The position numbers and the translations under genes were made by a program. A stretch of DNA of 64,000 nucleotides from Lysobacterales bacterium (GTDB lineage Bacteria > Pseudomonadota > Gammaproteobacteria > Xanthomonadales > SZUA-5): NCBI GenBank assembly GCA_019187485.1, contig JABAQR010000038.1:4407-68406 (forward strand), given 5' to 3'. The notes beneath the pieces are model-generated. The model was not told the origin of the DNA and did not search any database. It worked only from the letters and a program-made list of their open reading frames with translations. Below, one piece after another: positions 1-9,283 of this stretch. The first letter of the stretch is position 1. Every line of letters begins with the position of its first letter.

Positions 1-48
1 ACGCCATCCCGAAGCGCGTCGATCCCGACGGCACGATGCAACGCACAC

Positions 49-2391
49 TCAGCGCTGCGGCGATCCGGTGTCGATCATCGCCGCCACCGACTCGCGCTCC
101 TGACGTAGCCAGGCCGGGTTCTGGCCGGAGTGTTCGATGCTGCGGTCGGCTTCGGCGAGCCGGGTGCGCGCGGTCGCGGCGTCACCGGTTTGAGCGGCGA
201 GCAAGGCGTGGGTCAGGAACATCGCCGAGAACACGGTCGGACTGGTGACTTCGGTAACGGCGAGCGCGGCGTCGGCACGTTCCAGATAGGCCTTCGCCGC
301 AGCCGGGTCGTCGCTGCGCGCCGCCACCGCCGCAAGCATGCGCAGGGCATTGATCTTGCCGACCGGTGAACCGTTCTCGGCGTAACCGAGCGCTGCTTCG
401 GCATGTACCCGGGATTGCGCCAGATCGCGCAACTGGTAGGCGCAGGTGGCGACCCGCCACGACGGGTTGAAGCCCTGCGTACTATTGGGTTCGGCGACAC
501 GGCGATAGATGGCGAGCGCCTGCCCGGCCTGCTCGATGCAGTCGGTGAGGCGTCCCTGCTGCCACAGCACGTTGGCATAGCCGTCGCGCAGCTGCGCGAT
601 CACCACGTCGGCCCCCGCGCCACGATGCTGGATCGATTCGGCTGCGGCCAAGGCATCGCGGACCGTGCCCTCGGCCTCTTCCCAGCGTTCGAGCCGCGCC
701 AGCGAAACCGCCAGCAGGCCGGCCGTGGTCAGCGCGCTGCGGTGGGTCGTCCCATAGACCTGCCGCGCCAAGCCCAGGGCGCGCTGCAACAGCTCAACGG
801 CGTGCCGGTCATCGCCGGCCGTCTGCAGGTTGGCCGCGAACATGCGCGTGGCGCGGTACTCCTGCTCGGTCGCGTGCGACTGCCGGGCCAACTCCAGCGC
901 CTGCTCGAACAGGCGGTTAGCCTCTTCGATCCGATCGTCGAGTGAACGCAATTGCCCGCGATCGACCAGGATGAAAGCGCGCAACGCATCGGCCTCGGTG
1001 CCGGACTGGTCGGCGAGCGCTTCCCGGGCCGCGTCCAGCTGCTGCCACGCGAGCGCTCGCTGGTCGAGCACGAGGTGACATTCGGAGTTCAGGATCAGGC
1101 TGCGCGCCCGCCAAAGCGGCGTCGCCTGCGCCAGATCCGCGGCCGCGGCGGTGCCGGCGAACAGGTCGAGGCAACGCCGTCCTTCATCCAGATTCAGGTA
1201 GACGCCTCCGATGCGGAGCCGCAGCTCCCGGCGCACTTCCGGTGCGTCACCGAGCTCGGCGTCGAGCTTGCTGGCGGCGAAGTCCATCGCTTCGAGCACG
1301 CTGACATTGCTGCCGTTGGCGGCGTAGGGATTGGCCTGGCTCAAGGTATCGACCAGGAAGCGGGCGACCCCGTCGGCGCGTTGCGCGTGCGCCAGCGCCT
1401 GCCGATGCTCCTGGCTCAAGCGCCAGGCCGCCAGCGCCAGGCTCGCCACCAGTACCACGGCGGCCAGCGCGAACACGATCGCGGCGTGCCGTTGGCGTTC
1501 GAGCAGTCGCGCGAAACGGATGCGCGGCGTGGCACGGTCTTGCGCCAGCGGCCGACGCGACAGCACGGCGTCGAGATCCTCGCGCAGCGCGGTGACCGCG
1601 GGATAACGCTGTTCCGGCGCGGCTGCGGTGGCGGTCGCGAGCAGGCGTTCGAGGTCTGTCCGCACCGCGCCCGTAGCGGCCGGCGCAGCGGCGAGCAAGG
1701 CGCGCAGCACCAGACCGAGCTGGTAGATGTCCGAGCGGGTGCTGATCTCCTGCCCGGCCAATTGTTCCGGACTGGCGAATCCCGGCGTCAGGACACGGTC
1801 GGCCGCATCCGCATCCTGCTCGGCGAGCGCGATGCCGAAGTCGAGCAGACGCGGATGCCCTCCGCCATCGACCAGAATATTGCCGGGCTTGAGATCGCGA
1901 TGGATCAGTCCGCGCCCGTGGGCGTATTCGACCGCGGCGCACACCGTATCGAACAACCGCAGGCAGGCGCGCCAATCGAGCGCATGCGCGCGCACATGGG
2001 CGTCGATGCTCGTCCCTTCGACCAGGGCCATCGCGAACCACAGGTCGCCTTCCACGGTGTCGCCGCCATCGACCAGGCTGACGATGTGCGGATGCCGCAA
2101 ACCGGCCACGATCTGGCGCTCGTGGCGCAGGCGATGGCTCAACTCGACATTGCCGCAAACCAGCTTCAGCGCGACACGCTGTTCGAACTCGCCGTCGGCG
2201 CGCTCGGCCAGATAGACATGCGCCATACCGCCGGAACCGAGCAATTCCAGGATCCGCCACGGTCCGACCAAGCTGCCGGCGGGCCGGATCGCGCCGGCGC
2301 CATGACGCCCCACCAGCTCACGCAACAGTGGGCCCTGCAAAGCCTGACCGGTGCGAAAGCGATCGAGCGCGCGCGGATCCATCGTCGCCAT
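49..2391 (-). CDS. Serine/threonine protein kinase with one transmembrane helix and a TPR-like C-terminal region
   Basis: 780-aa ORF. Hanks kinase motifs are readable (GGMAHVY, VALKLV, HRDLKPGNILVD, DFGIA, SPEQ). One hydrophobic helix (IVFALAAVVLVASLALAAW) is followed by a long Ala/Leu-rich repeat-like tail. The start codon abuts the stop of the ECF sigma gene (2391/2392). Confidence 0.9.
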   Translation of the reverse strand: MATMDPRALDRFRTGQALQGPLLRELVGRHGAGAIRPAGSLVGPWRILELLGSGGMAHVYLAERADGEFEQRVALKLVCGNVELSHRLRHERQIVAGLRHPHIVSLVDGGDTVEGDLWFAMALVEGTSIDAHVRAHALDWRACLRLFDTVCAAVEYAHGRGLIHRDLKPGNILVDGGGHPRLLDFGIALAEQDADAADRVLTPGFASPEQLAGQEISTRSDIYQLGLVLRALLAAAPAATGAVRTDLERLLATATAAAPEQRYPAVTALREDLDAVLSRRPLAQDRATPRIRFARLLERQRHAAIVFALAAVVLVASLALAAWRLSQEHRQALAHAQRADGVARFLVDTLSQANPYAANGSNVSVLEAMDFAASKLDAELGDAPEVRRELRLRIGGVYLNLDEGRRCLDLFAGTAAAADLAQATPLWRARSLILNSECHLVLDQRALAWQQLDAAREALADQSGTEADALRAFILVDRGQLRSLDDRIEEANRLFEQALELARQSHATEQEYRATRMFAANLQTAGDDRHAVELLQRALGLARQVYGTTHRSALTTAGLLAVSLARLERWEEAEGTVRDALAAAESIQHRGAGADVVIAQLRDGYANVLWQQGRLTDCIEQAGQALAIYRRVAEPNSTQGFNPSWRVATCAYQLRDLAQSRVHAEAALGYAENGSPVGKINALRMLAAVAARSDDPAAAKAYLERADAALAVTEVTSPTVFSAMFLTHALLAAQTGDAATARTRLAEADRSIEHSGQNPAWLRQERESVAAMIDTGSPQR

Positions 2392-2955
2392 TCAACCGGC
2401 CAGTCGTTCGGCGAGCCAGCCGCGCGCCAGATTCCACTCGCGCTGCGCGGTGCGCAGGCTGACGCCGAGGACATCGGCGGTTTCCTGTTCGCCGAGCCCG
2501 GCGAAATAACGGCATTCGAACACCCGCGCCGCACGCTCGTGCTCGCGCTCCAGGCCGACCAGCAGATTGTCGATTTCGACTAGATCACTGGCTTCGGCGT
2601 GGCCCTCGGCATCGAGCACGGACTCGGTCACCCGGACTTGCCCGCCGCCGCGTTTCTCGGCCAGGCGCTGACGCGCGTAATCGCACAGCACCTGACGCAT
2701 CACCCGGCTCGCCAGGTTGAAGAAGTGGTGCCGCGAGGCGACGCTGCCGACCGAGGAGCCGGCAATGCGCAGATAACACTCGTGCACCAAGGAGGTCGTA
2801 TTCAGGGTGGCCGGCGCAGCGACCTGGCCGCGTTGCGCCCGCGCCAAACGCCGCAAGTCGCCATAGACCAGCCGAACCAGGCGCGCCGACGCATCCGCAT
2901 CGCCGCGGCGGCAGGCGTCGAGCAGTCGTGCGAAGTCCTGGGTGGCCTCACTCAT
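2392..2955 (-). CDS. ECF-type RNA polymerase sigma factor (TIGR02999-like, kinase-associated class)
   Basis: The ORF is open to 3249, but its first 98 codons translate the heptamer repeat (SRVPSPE x3) and are rejected. The ATG at 2955 gives MSEATQDFARLLDACRRGDADA...LVYGDLRRLA...SLVHECYLRI, the N-terminal signature I recall for this ECF family. A region-4 HTH is present (ETADVLGVSLRTAQREW). Confidence 0.85.
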   Translation of the reverse strand: MSEATQDFARLLDACRRGDADASARLVRLVYGDLRRLARAQRGQVAAPATLNTTSLVHECYLRIAGSSVGSVASRHHFFNLASRVMRQVLCDYARQRLAEKRGGGQVRVTESVLDAEGHAEASDLVEIDNLLVGLEREHERAARVFECRYFAGLGEQETADVLGVSLRTAQREWNLARGWLAERLAG

Positions 2956-3118
2956 TCCGGGTACCAGCAAGCTCGCCTCGAGAATACCAAGGCCCCGCTT
3001 CGGAAGCCGAGCGGCTTGTGCACCGCTGGCCGGTTCGGATCCTCCCATCCTGGATGCTGGCCAGAACCCGCCCGGGGCGCCGGGCGCATTCGGAGCCGTC
3101 GGCGAGCCGTGTGGCGAT

Positions 3119-3183
3119 GACTCGGGACTCGGGACTCGGGACTCGGGACTCGGGACTCGGGACTCGGGACTCGGGACTCGGGA
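3119..3183. repeat. Perfect tandem heptanucleotide repeat (GACTCGG)x9 plus a partial unit
   Basis: Counted directly: units start at 3119, 3126 ... 3175. The tract lies in the divergent spacer between the sigma gene and the nucleotidase gene. A degenerate inverted partner CCCAGTGCCGAAGG sits at 3211-3224. Confidence 0.97.
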
Positions 3184-3232
3184 TGCAGCATGATTGCGGC
3201 CTCGCACGCACCCAGTGCCGAAGGGTCGGATC

Positions 3233-4183
3233 GTGACCACCACTTCCACACCACCGGAAGCCCGCGACCCGGGTTCTGCATCCCGAACCCCGCCTTTCCC
3301 CGACCGCCTGGTCGTGGCGATTTCCTCGCGAGCGTTGTTCGATCTGTCGGCCGAGCACCTGCTGTTCGAGCGCGATGGGCTGGATGCCTACCAGGCCTAC
3401 CAGCTCGCCAACGAGGACGCCGTGCTGAAGCCCGGAATCGCGTTCCCGCTGGTGCAGAAGCTGCTGCGCCTGAACCAGATGAAACCGGACACGCCGCAGG
3501 TTGAAGTCATCCTGCTCAGCCGCAACAGCGGCAATTCGGGACTGCGCATCTTCAACTCGATCGAGCACTACGGGCTCGAAATCGTGCGCGCGGCCTTCAC
3601 CAACGGTGCGCCGCCCTTCCAGTACATCGAGCCCTTCGGCGCCAGCCTGTTCCTGTCGGCGCACGCCGAGGACGTGCGCCAGACGCTCGACGCCGGCTAC
3701 GCCGCCGCGAGCATCCTGCCCTCGCAGGCCAGTGCCAGCCGGCATCCGGAACTGCGCATCGCCTTCGACGGCGACGCGGTGCTGTTCTCCGACGAGGCCG
3801 AACGCGTCAGCCACAGCGAGGGCCTCGACCGCTTCCACGAAAGCGAGCGCGCGCTCGCGCAGCAGGCCTTGTCGGGCGGCCCATTCCGCAGCGTGCTGCT
3901 GGCGCTGCACCGGATCCAGGCGGCGTTTCCGGCCGAGCAGTCGCCGATCCGCACCGCGCTCGTGACCGCGCGTTCGGCGCCGGCGCACAAGCGCGTGATC
4001 CTGACCCTGCGCGAATGGGGCGTGCGCATCGACGAGGCGCTGTTCCTCGGCGGCCGCGACAAGGGTCCCTTTCTGGCCGCCTTCGGCGCCGACATCTTCT
4101 TCGACGACCAGCGCAAGAACGCCGAGAGCGCGAGCCGCTACGTGCCGACCGGGCACGTGCCGCACGGCGTCGCGAATCCCTGA
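3233..4183 (+). CDS. 5'-nucleotidase family protein (PF06189-like)
   Basis: The ORF is open from a TTG at 3194; the GTG at 3233 has AAGGG about 10 nt upstream. Sequence LVVAISSRALFDL...VILLSRNSGNSGLRIFNSIEHYGL...IAFDGDAVLFSDEAE...FFDDQ matches my recollection of this family. The start is uncertain. Confidence 0.7.
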   Translation: MTTTSTPPEARDPGSASRTPPFPDRLVVAISSRALFDLSAEHLLFERDGLDAYQAYQLANEDAVLKPGIAFPLVQKLLRLNQMKPDTPQVEVILLSRNSGNSGLRIFNSIEHYGLEIVRAAFTNGAPPFQYIEPFGASLFLSAHAEDVRQTLDAGYAAASILPSQASASRHPELRIAFDGDAVLFSDEAERVSHSEGLDRFHESERALAQQALSGGPFRSVLLALHRIQAAFPAEQSPIRTALVTARSAPAHKRVILTLREWGVRIDEALFLGGRDKGPFLAAFGADIFFDDQRKNAESASRYVPTGHVPHGVANP

Positions 4184-4247
4184 TCCCGCCGCGCAGCGCT
4201 GGACTGCCATTCAGCCGCAGGCAGTCGACGCGAGCTATGGTTCACGC

Positions 4248-5723
4248 ATGCAGCGCCTGCCCCTTGTCCTCGCCTGCTCGATCGCGCTCGCCGCCTGCAC
4301 GCCCGGCGTCGGTGTCGACGTGCGCCGCGCCGATGATGCGGCTGCACCAGCGCCGCCTGCGACGCCGATCGCGGCGCCGGTGAGCATGGAGCCATCGCCG
4401 GGTCTGGCGCCGCCGGTCGTGGCGTCGATGGCCGCCGACCTTGGCGGCCCCTTCGAATCGGCGCCGACGCTGGCGAGCGCCGAATTGCTGCCGGGTTTCG
4501 ACTTGATCGGCCCCGGCTACCGGGTCGCCGAGCAGGCTCCGGTGGTCGACTACTTCGGCCAGTTCCAACTGCGCAGCGATGTCGGCGCGCTGCTGGCCGA
4601 AGGCTCGCAGGTGCTGCGCTTGCGCGTGCGCGAACTCGAAGCGGTGCGCGCACTCGACCGGGTCGGCTATTCCGAGGTCTTCGTGGGCGCGGCGCGGCGC
4701 AGCGCGGAGCGCCCGGTCGAGGCGGTGCGCCAGGTGGGTGCGGAGCCGGTCGACACCGCTTCCGGCCTGCCGGCAGGAATCGGCCGTTACCTCGTGCGTG
4801 CGGCGCGCAACCTGCGGGAATTGGCGCTGGACTTGAACGACGTCGCACGCGATGCGATGGCCGGCGACCAGGAAGCGGCGCCGGATGGCAGGCCGAAAAA
4901 GACCACCGGCGAGCGCGCACAGAGAATCGTCACCCAGGCGACCCTGCGCTACATCGGCTACAACAAGGCGCGTCGCCAGATTGCGCGCGAGGTCGGTGTC
5001 GACCCTTACAGCACCAATCCCCTGCTCGACGAACGCCTCGATCGCCTCGCCTGGGCATCCTGGTCGGGCGCCAAGCTCACGGGTCTTGCGATCGGCATGG
5101 TCGGTGGGGTTGCCGGGCAGTTGCTGGGCTACGCGCGCGACGCCTACGAGCTGGTGTGGGAACTGCCGCCGGAGGATCTGAAGCGTCGCAATCTTCAAGT
5201 GCTGGCCGAACTTGGCATCACCGGCAAGCCCGCGCGCGATCTGGTGCGCCACGGCAGGGCGTTCACGCTGACCCAGCAGACCGAGTTCGTCGAACTGCTG
5301 CGCCTGCCGCTGTTCGCCGGCGCGCGGCGGCCGTTGTTCGAGCTGGCGCGCCACGCCGACCGCGAGGTGCACGCGCGCTTCCTGATCGACGCGCTGCGCA
5401 TGCTGCTGCACGCGGCACGCTCCGAATCCCCGCAGACGTACGCCGTCGTCGTCGGCACCGCGCCCGCGCTGCAGCGCGCGGATGGCAGTCACATCATCGC
5501 GCTGCCGGTGGACCACCTGTACTGGACCCGGGAAATTGCCGCCTTCGCCTGGCGCGACGATCTGATCGGCCGCCACAACCTGCTGCTGGTCGCCGGCAAC
5601 CTGTCGACAGCGGCACTGGACGCCTTCTCGCGAGCCGGCTGGAGCGTGCGCGAACGTGTGGACCCGCACGCATCCGACGAGGAGACGGATGCGATCGACG
5701 GTGCGCCGACATCGAGTCCGTGA
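4248..5723 (+). CDS. Hypothetical lipoprotein (491 aa)
   Basis: The N-terminus MQRLPLVLACSIALAAC carries a lipobox (LAAC). Codon third positions are GC-rich throughout. No recognisable catalytic motif. Confidence 0.75.
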   Translation: MQRLPLVLACSIALAACTPGVGVDVRRADDAAAPAPPATPIAAPVSMEPSPGLAPPVVASMAADLGGPFESAPTLASAELLPGFDLIGPGYRVAEQAPVVDYFGQFQLRSDVGALLAEGSQVLRLRVRELEAVRALDRVGYSEVFVGAARRSAERPVEAVRQVGAEPVDTASGLPAGIGRYLVRAARNLRELALDLNDVARDAMAGDQEAAPDGRPKKTTGERAQRIVTQATLRYIGYNKARRQIAREVGVDPYSTNPLLDERLDRLAWASWSGAKLTGLAIGMVGGVAGQLLGYARDAYELVWELPPEDLKRRNLQVLAELGITGKPARDLVRHGRAFTLTQQTEFVELLRLPLFAGARRPLFELARHADREVHARFLIDALRMLLHAARSESPQTYAVVVGTAPALQRADGSHIIALPVDHLYWTREIAAFAWRDDLIGRHNLLLVAGNLSTAALDAFSRAGWSVRERVDPHASDEETDAIDGAPTSSP

Positions 5724-5830
5724 GGCGGGACACGGGGCCCGGAAAGGCCTGCTCATCGTGGCATTCCTGCGGTTTCCGGTCGGACCCCGCCATGGCACTG
5801 CACCAGGTCTCCCCGCTCCCGTGCCCTGCG

Positions 5831-6625
5831 TTACCCGGTCTTCACCGCCAGCGGCTTGATCCGCGCGACCATCGCCGCGGCCACCTTGAGGTTGCCGGCG
5901 ATGACGTTGCCGCTGTCGAACCAGCGCTCGTCGCCGTCGAAGTCGAGCACGCCCCCGCCGGCTTCGCGCACCAGCAGGGCGCCCGCCGCCATGTCCCAGG
6001 GCTGCAGGCCGTATTCGAAATAGCCGTCGAGGCGACCGCAGGCCACGTAGGCGAGGTCGAGCGCCGCCGAGCCGGTGCGGCGCAGGTCCTCGGCGTCCTC
6101 GAGCAGCGCCTTGACCATCCGCATCTGGGTGTTGAAGCGTGCGCGCTGCTTGAACGGGAAGCCGGTCGCGACCAGCGCACCGGCCAGACCGAGGCGCTGG
6201 CCGACGCGGATGCGACGATCGTTCAAATAGGCGCCGCCGCCCTTGGTGGCGTGGAAGATCTCGTCGCGCACCGGGTCATAGACCACGCCGTGCTGGATCA
6301 CGCCTTCTTCCATCAGCGCGATCGACACCGAGCAGTGCGGGAAGCCGCGCATGAAATTGCTGGTGCCGTCGATCGGGTCGATCACCCAGACGTAGCGCGA
6401 GTTGCCACTGCGGCCGCTCTCCTCGCCCCAGATCGCGTGCTCGGGATAGGCCTTGCGGATCTCGCGGATGATCTCCTGCTCGGCCAGACGGTCGGCCTCG
6501 GTGACGAAATCGAACCGGCCCTTCTCGCTGACGGCGATCGCGTCGGCGCGGTGGATGCTGCGCTGGATCACCGCACCGGCCCGGCGCGCGGCCTGGACGG
6601 CGATGTTGACGGCAGGCTTGCGCAT
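5831..6625 (-). CDS. suhB: Inositol monophosphatase family protein
   Basis: 264 aa. The WVIDPIDGTSNF motif and GAALDLAYVACGRLDGY are typical of SuhB/IMPase. Confidence 0.9.
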   Translation of the reverse strand: MRKPAVNIAVQAARRAGAVIQRSIHRADAIAVSEKGRFDFVTEADRLAEQEIIREIRKAYPEHAIWGEESGRSGNSRYVWVIDPIDGTSNFMRGFPHCSVSIALMEEGVIQHGVVYDPVRDEIFHATKGGGAYLNDRRIRVGQRLGLAGALVATGFPFKQRARFNTQMRMVKALLEDAEDLRRTGSAALDLAYVACGRLDGYFEYGLQPWDMAAGALLVREAGGGVLDFDGDERWFDSGNVIAGNLKVAAAMVARIKPLAVKTG

Positions 6626-6756
6626 GGCGGCGATCCGGACCTCAGGGGACCGCGCAGCCTAACAGACGCGCCGGCAGCAACCAAACCGCAGCCAAGGCTG
6701 TGCCTGCGACTCCGGACGGTTGCTATCTTTGCCGCTGATCGACCCGGGACCGCGCC

Positions 6757-7155
6757 ATGACCAGAGAACAACTGACCGCGATGTACATGGAGTACCTGAC
6801 TGCTGAGGGCTTCCTGCCGCGCATCGACGCCGACGGCGATGTCGCCTTCAAGTTCGAGGGCGGCAACTACGTGCTCATGATCGCGGACAACGATCCCGAG
6901 TACTTCCGTCTCGCCTACCCAGGCTTCTGGGCGATCGAGAACGAGGAAGAACGCATCCGCGTACACCAGTCGGCGTTGCAGGCCTGCATCGACATCAAGG
7001 TCACCAAAGTCTATCCGGTGGCCAACGACACCTGGGCCGCGGTCGAGATGTTCTGCAACCCGCCCGAGCACTTCAAGAGCGTGTTCATGCGCTCGCTGCG
7101 CGCGATCAAGGCCGGGGTCGACAGCTTCCGCAAGCACATGCACGCGCAGAACTGA
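6757..7155 (+). CDS. Hypothetical small cytosolic protein (possibly YbjN-like)
   Basis: 132-aa ORF with balanced, non-shadow amino-acid composition (MTREQLTAMYMEYLTAEGFLPRIDADGDVAFKFEGGNYVLMI...). The family assignment is only a recollection of similar sequences. Confidence 0.65.
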   Translation: MTREQLTAMYMEYLTAEGFLPRIDADGDVAFKFEGGNYVLMIADNDPEYFRLAYPGFWAIENEEERIRVHQSALQACIDIKVTKVYPVANDTWAAVEMFCNPPEHFKSVFMRSLRAIKAGVDSFRKHMHAQN

Positions 7156-7454
7156 CCCGGATGTCGGACCAGCGGCCCAGTACCGGCCGCACCTTCCCGC
7201 CATCGCCGTCTTCTCCATCCGTGCGGACCTCGACGGCGGCAGCCGCCCCGCGGTTCCGGAAGCCACCTCCGCAGGGTACCGGCTCGTGTCGGCGTGGACC
7301 GTTCCGGGACCACGCCCACGGGCAGCAGGAACTGACCTTCCGCAACCGTCACCGCTGCTGCCCTTCCCTGCCGACGAACGATGGTTCACGCGCGGCTCGC
7401 ATCGTGGCCATCCCGGTGCGCGATGATGGCGGCGTCGACCTCGAGGATCTTCCC

Positions 7455-7868
7455 GTGCGTGTTTTGAGTCCGCTGACTGGGATCGCGCTGATGGCGCTGG
7501 CAAGCTGCACGACGTCGGCGGCGTACCGCGCACGGCTGGACGCGCGGCTGGCCGAGTACGAGGCGCACGCCGGCGCACCGGTCAAGCAGATCCGGCTGTA
7601 CACCGGCCTGGACCGTTGGGAAGTGCTGGCGCCGGACCGGATCGCAATCTTCATTGGCGCCAACCGCGCTTATCTCCTGAAGTTGCGGGGACCGTGTTCG
7701 GGCCTGGAGTTCCAGACCCGGATCGGCATCAGTTCGACCAACCAGTCGATCGACCTGAAATTCGACCGGCTCTACTTCGAGCACCAGGTCTGCTACTTCG
7801 CGGAGTTCCGGCCGATCGACTATCGGGCGGTGAAGCGGGAACGAGCGGCACGTTCGAAGACGGACTGA
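7455..7868 (+). CDS. Hypothetical lipoprotein (DUF6491-like)
   Basis: The GTG at 7455 gives VRVLSPLTGIALMALASC with a lipobox. The upstream part of the 7161 ORF is Pro/Arg-rich shadow-like sequence and is rejected. Confidence 0.65.
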   Translation: MRVLSPLTGIALMALASCTTSAAYRARLDARLAEYEAHAGAPVKQIRLYTGLDRWEVLAPDRIAIFIGANRAYLLKLRGPCSGLEFQTRIGISSTNQSIDLKFDRLYFEHQVCYFAEFRPIDYRAVKRERAARSKTD

Positions 7869-7871
7869 AGC

Positions 7872-8144
7872 TCATGCCTGCGGCGGCGAGTACCCCGGCG
7901 GTCGCTCGGAGCCATCGCCGAAGAAGTAGGCCTCGGCCTGCTGTTGCAGGAAGGCGCGCGCCTTGGGATCGACCGGCGACAATCGGTTTTCGTTGATCAG
8001 CATGGTCTGTTGCGCCAACCAGTCGTTCCAGGCGCGCCTGGAGACCCGGGCGAGGATGCGTTGACCCAACTCTCCGGGGTAGGGTGCGCGCTCGAGACCT
8101 TCCTGGCCAGCGCCGTAGCGCACGCAGTCGACGTTGCGAGTCAT
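7872..8144 (-). CDS. yggX: Fe(2+)-trafficking / oxidative damage protection protein
   Basis: 90 aa from the ATG at 8144 (MTRNVDCVRYGAGQEGLERAPYPGELGQRI...WLAQQTMLINENRL). The start overlaps the mutY stop (ATGA), the conserved mutY-yggX arrangement. Confidence 0.85.
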   Translation of the reverse strand: MTRNVDCVRYGAGQEGLERAPYPGELGQRILARVSRRAWNDWLAQQTMLINENRLSPVDPKARAFLQQQAEAYFFGDGSERPPGYSPPQA

Positions 8145-9283
8145 GTTCCGGTTTCCGGCTGTGCGAACCGCCGGACCATATGGTTCTGCGCAGCGCACGG
8201 CAACCGATGCCCCTGCCCGCCGTGCCCGTCGATTTGCGGCCGGTCCGCCTGGGCCCCATGCCCGTGAACCTCGTCGAGCAGTCTCCGCACGGGTTGTGGC
8301 AGACCAAGCGCACGTGCAGCGTCCGGCGTGAACCAGCGGCTGTCGGCATCCCCGACCGGCTCCACTCCCGCGACCGCGCACGCACGATGAACGTCGATTT
8401 CCAGCGTGAAATGCGTGAACTGGTGGCGGATGCGCGTCCGTGCGCACCGATCCAGCACCACGGGCACTGCTCCGGCAAGCGCCGCGATGTCGGCGCCTTC
8501 TGGCAAGGACCACAGATCCGGCCAGACGCCAGTCGGTGGGCGTCGTTGCAACAACACGCGCCCAGTGGCGTCGCGTGCCAGCAGCATGGCGGTACGCCGC
8601 AAGGGGCGGCTGCGCGGGGTACGCGGCGTCGGCAGTTCGTGCACGCGCTCCTGCGCCAGCGCAAGACAGTCATCCCGCAGCGGGCAGCCCGCGCAGGAAG
8701 GCCGCGCACGGATGCACACACCGGCGCCAAGATCCATCAACGCCTGGGTGTAGTCAGCCAGACGCGCCTGCGGCAAACGCTCCGCCGACAGTTCCCACAA
8801 CCGGCGCTGCACCGCCGGCGCCGCCGGGTCGCCGGCTACCGCGGCATGTCGCGCAAGCACGCGGCGCGCATTGCCGTCCAGGATCGGGTGGCGCTGACCG
8901 TGGGCCTGAGCGAGGATCGCGCCGGCGGTCGAGCGGCCGACGCCCGGCAGCCTCGCCAGTGATTCGATCCTCTCCGGAAGTTCGCCGCCATGATCGCGGA
9001 CGACGATCTGTGCCGCGCGATGCAGGTTGCGAGCCCGAGCGTAATAGCCAAGGCCTGACCAGACGGCGAGCACCGCGTCGAGTGGCGCCGCGGCGAGCAC
9101 GGCGGGTTCCGGGAAACGCGTCAGGAAAGCATCGAAATAGCCGATCGCCGTTCGCACCCGGGTCTGTTGCAACATCACTTCGGCGACCCATACGCGATAG
9201 GGCGTGCGTGGGTGCTGCCAGGGCAGGTCGTGGCGACCGTGGAGGTCGAACCAGGCGAGCAGGCGCGCCGCGAAGTCGCTCAC
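8141..9283 (-). CDS. mutY: A/G-specific adenine DNA glycosylase
   Basis: 380 aa. It shows LPWQHPRTPYRVWVAEVMLQQTRV, an HhH-GPD region, an Fe-S cluster Cys motif (CIRARPSCAGCPLRDDC) and a NUDIX-like C-terminus. Confidence 0.92.
   Translation of the reverse strand: MSDFAARLLAWFDLHGRHDLPWQHPRTPYRVWVAEVMLQQTRVRTAIGYFDAFLTRFPEPAVLAAAPLDAVLAVWSGLGYYARARNLHRAAQIVVRDHGGELPERIESLARLPGVGRSTAGAILAQAHGQRHPILDGNARRVLARHAAVAGDPAAPAVQRRLWELSAERLPQARLADYTQALMDLGAGVCIRARPSCAGCPLRDDCLALAQERVHELPTPRTPRSRPLRRTAMLLARDATGRVLLQRRPPTGVWPDLWSLPEGADIAALAGAVPVVLDRCARTRIRHQFTHFTLEIDVHRACAVAGVEPVGDADSRWFTPDAARALGLPQPVRRLLDEVHGHGAQADRPQIDGHGGQGHRLPCAAQNHMVRRFAQPETGT

Noticed and set aside
7321-7362. 8-bp inverted repeat GGCAGCAG...CTGCTGCC in the 300-bp spacer upstream of the 7455 lipoprotein gene
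   Set aside because: The stem is short and the loop is 26 nt, with no repeats or shared motif. In GC-rich sequence of this composition it could arise by chance.
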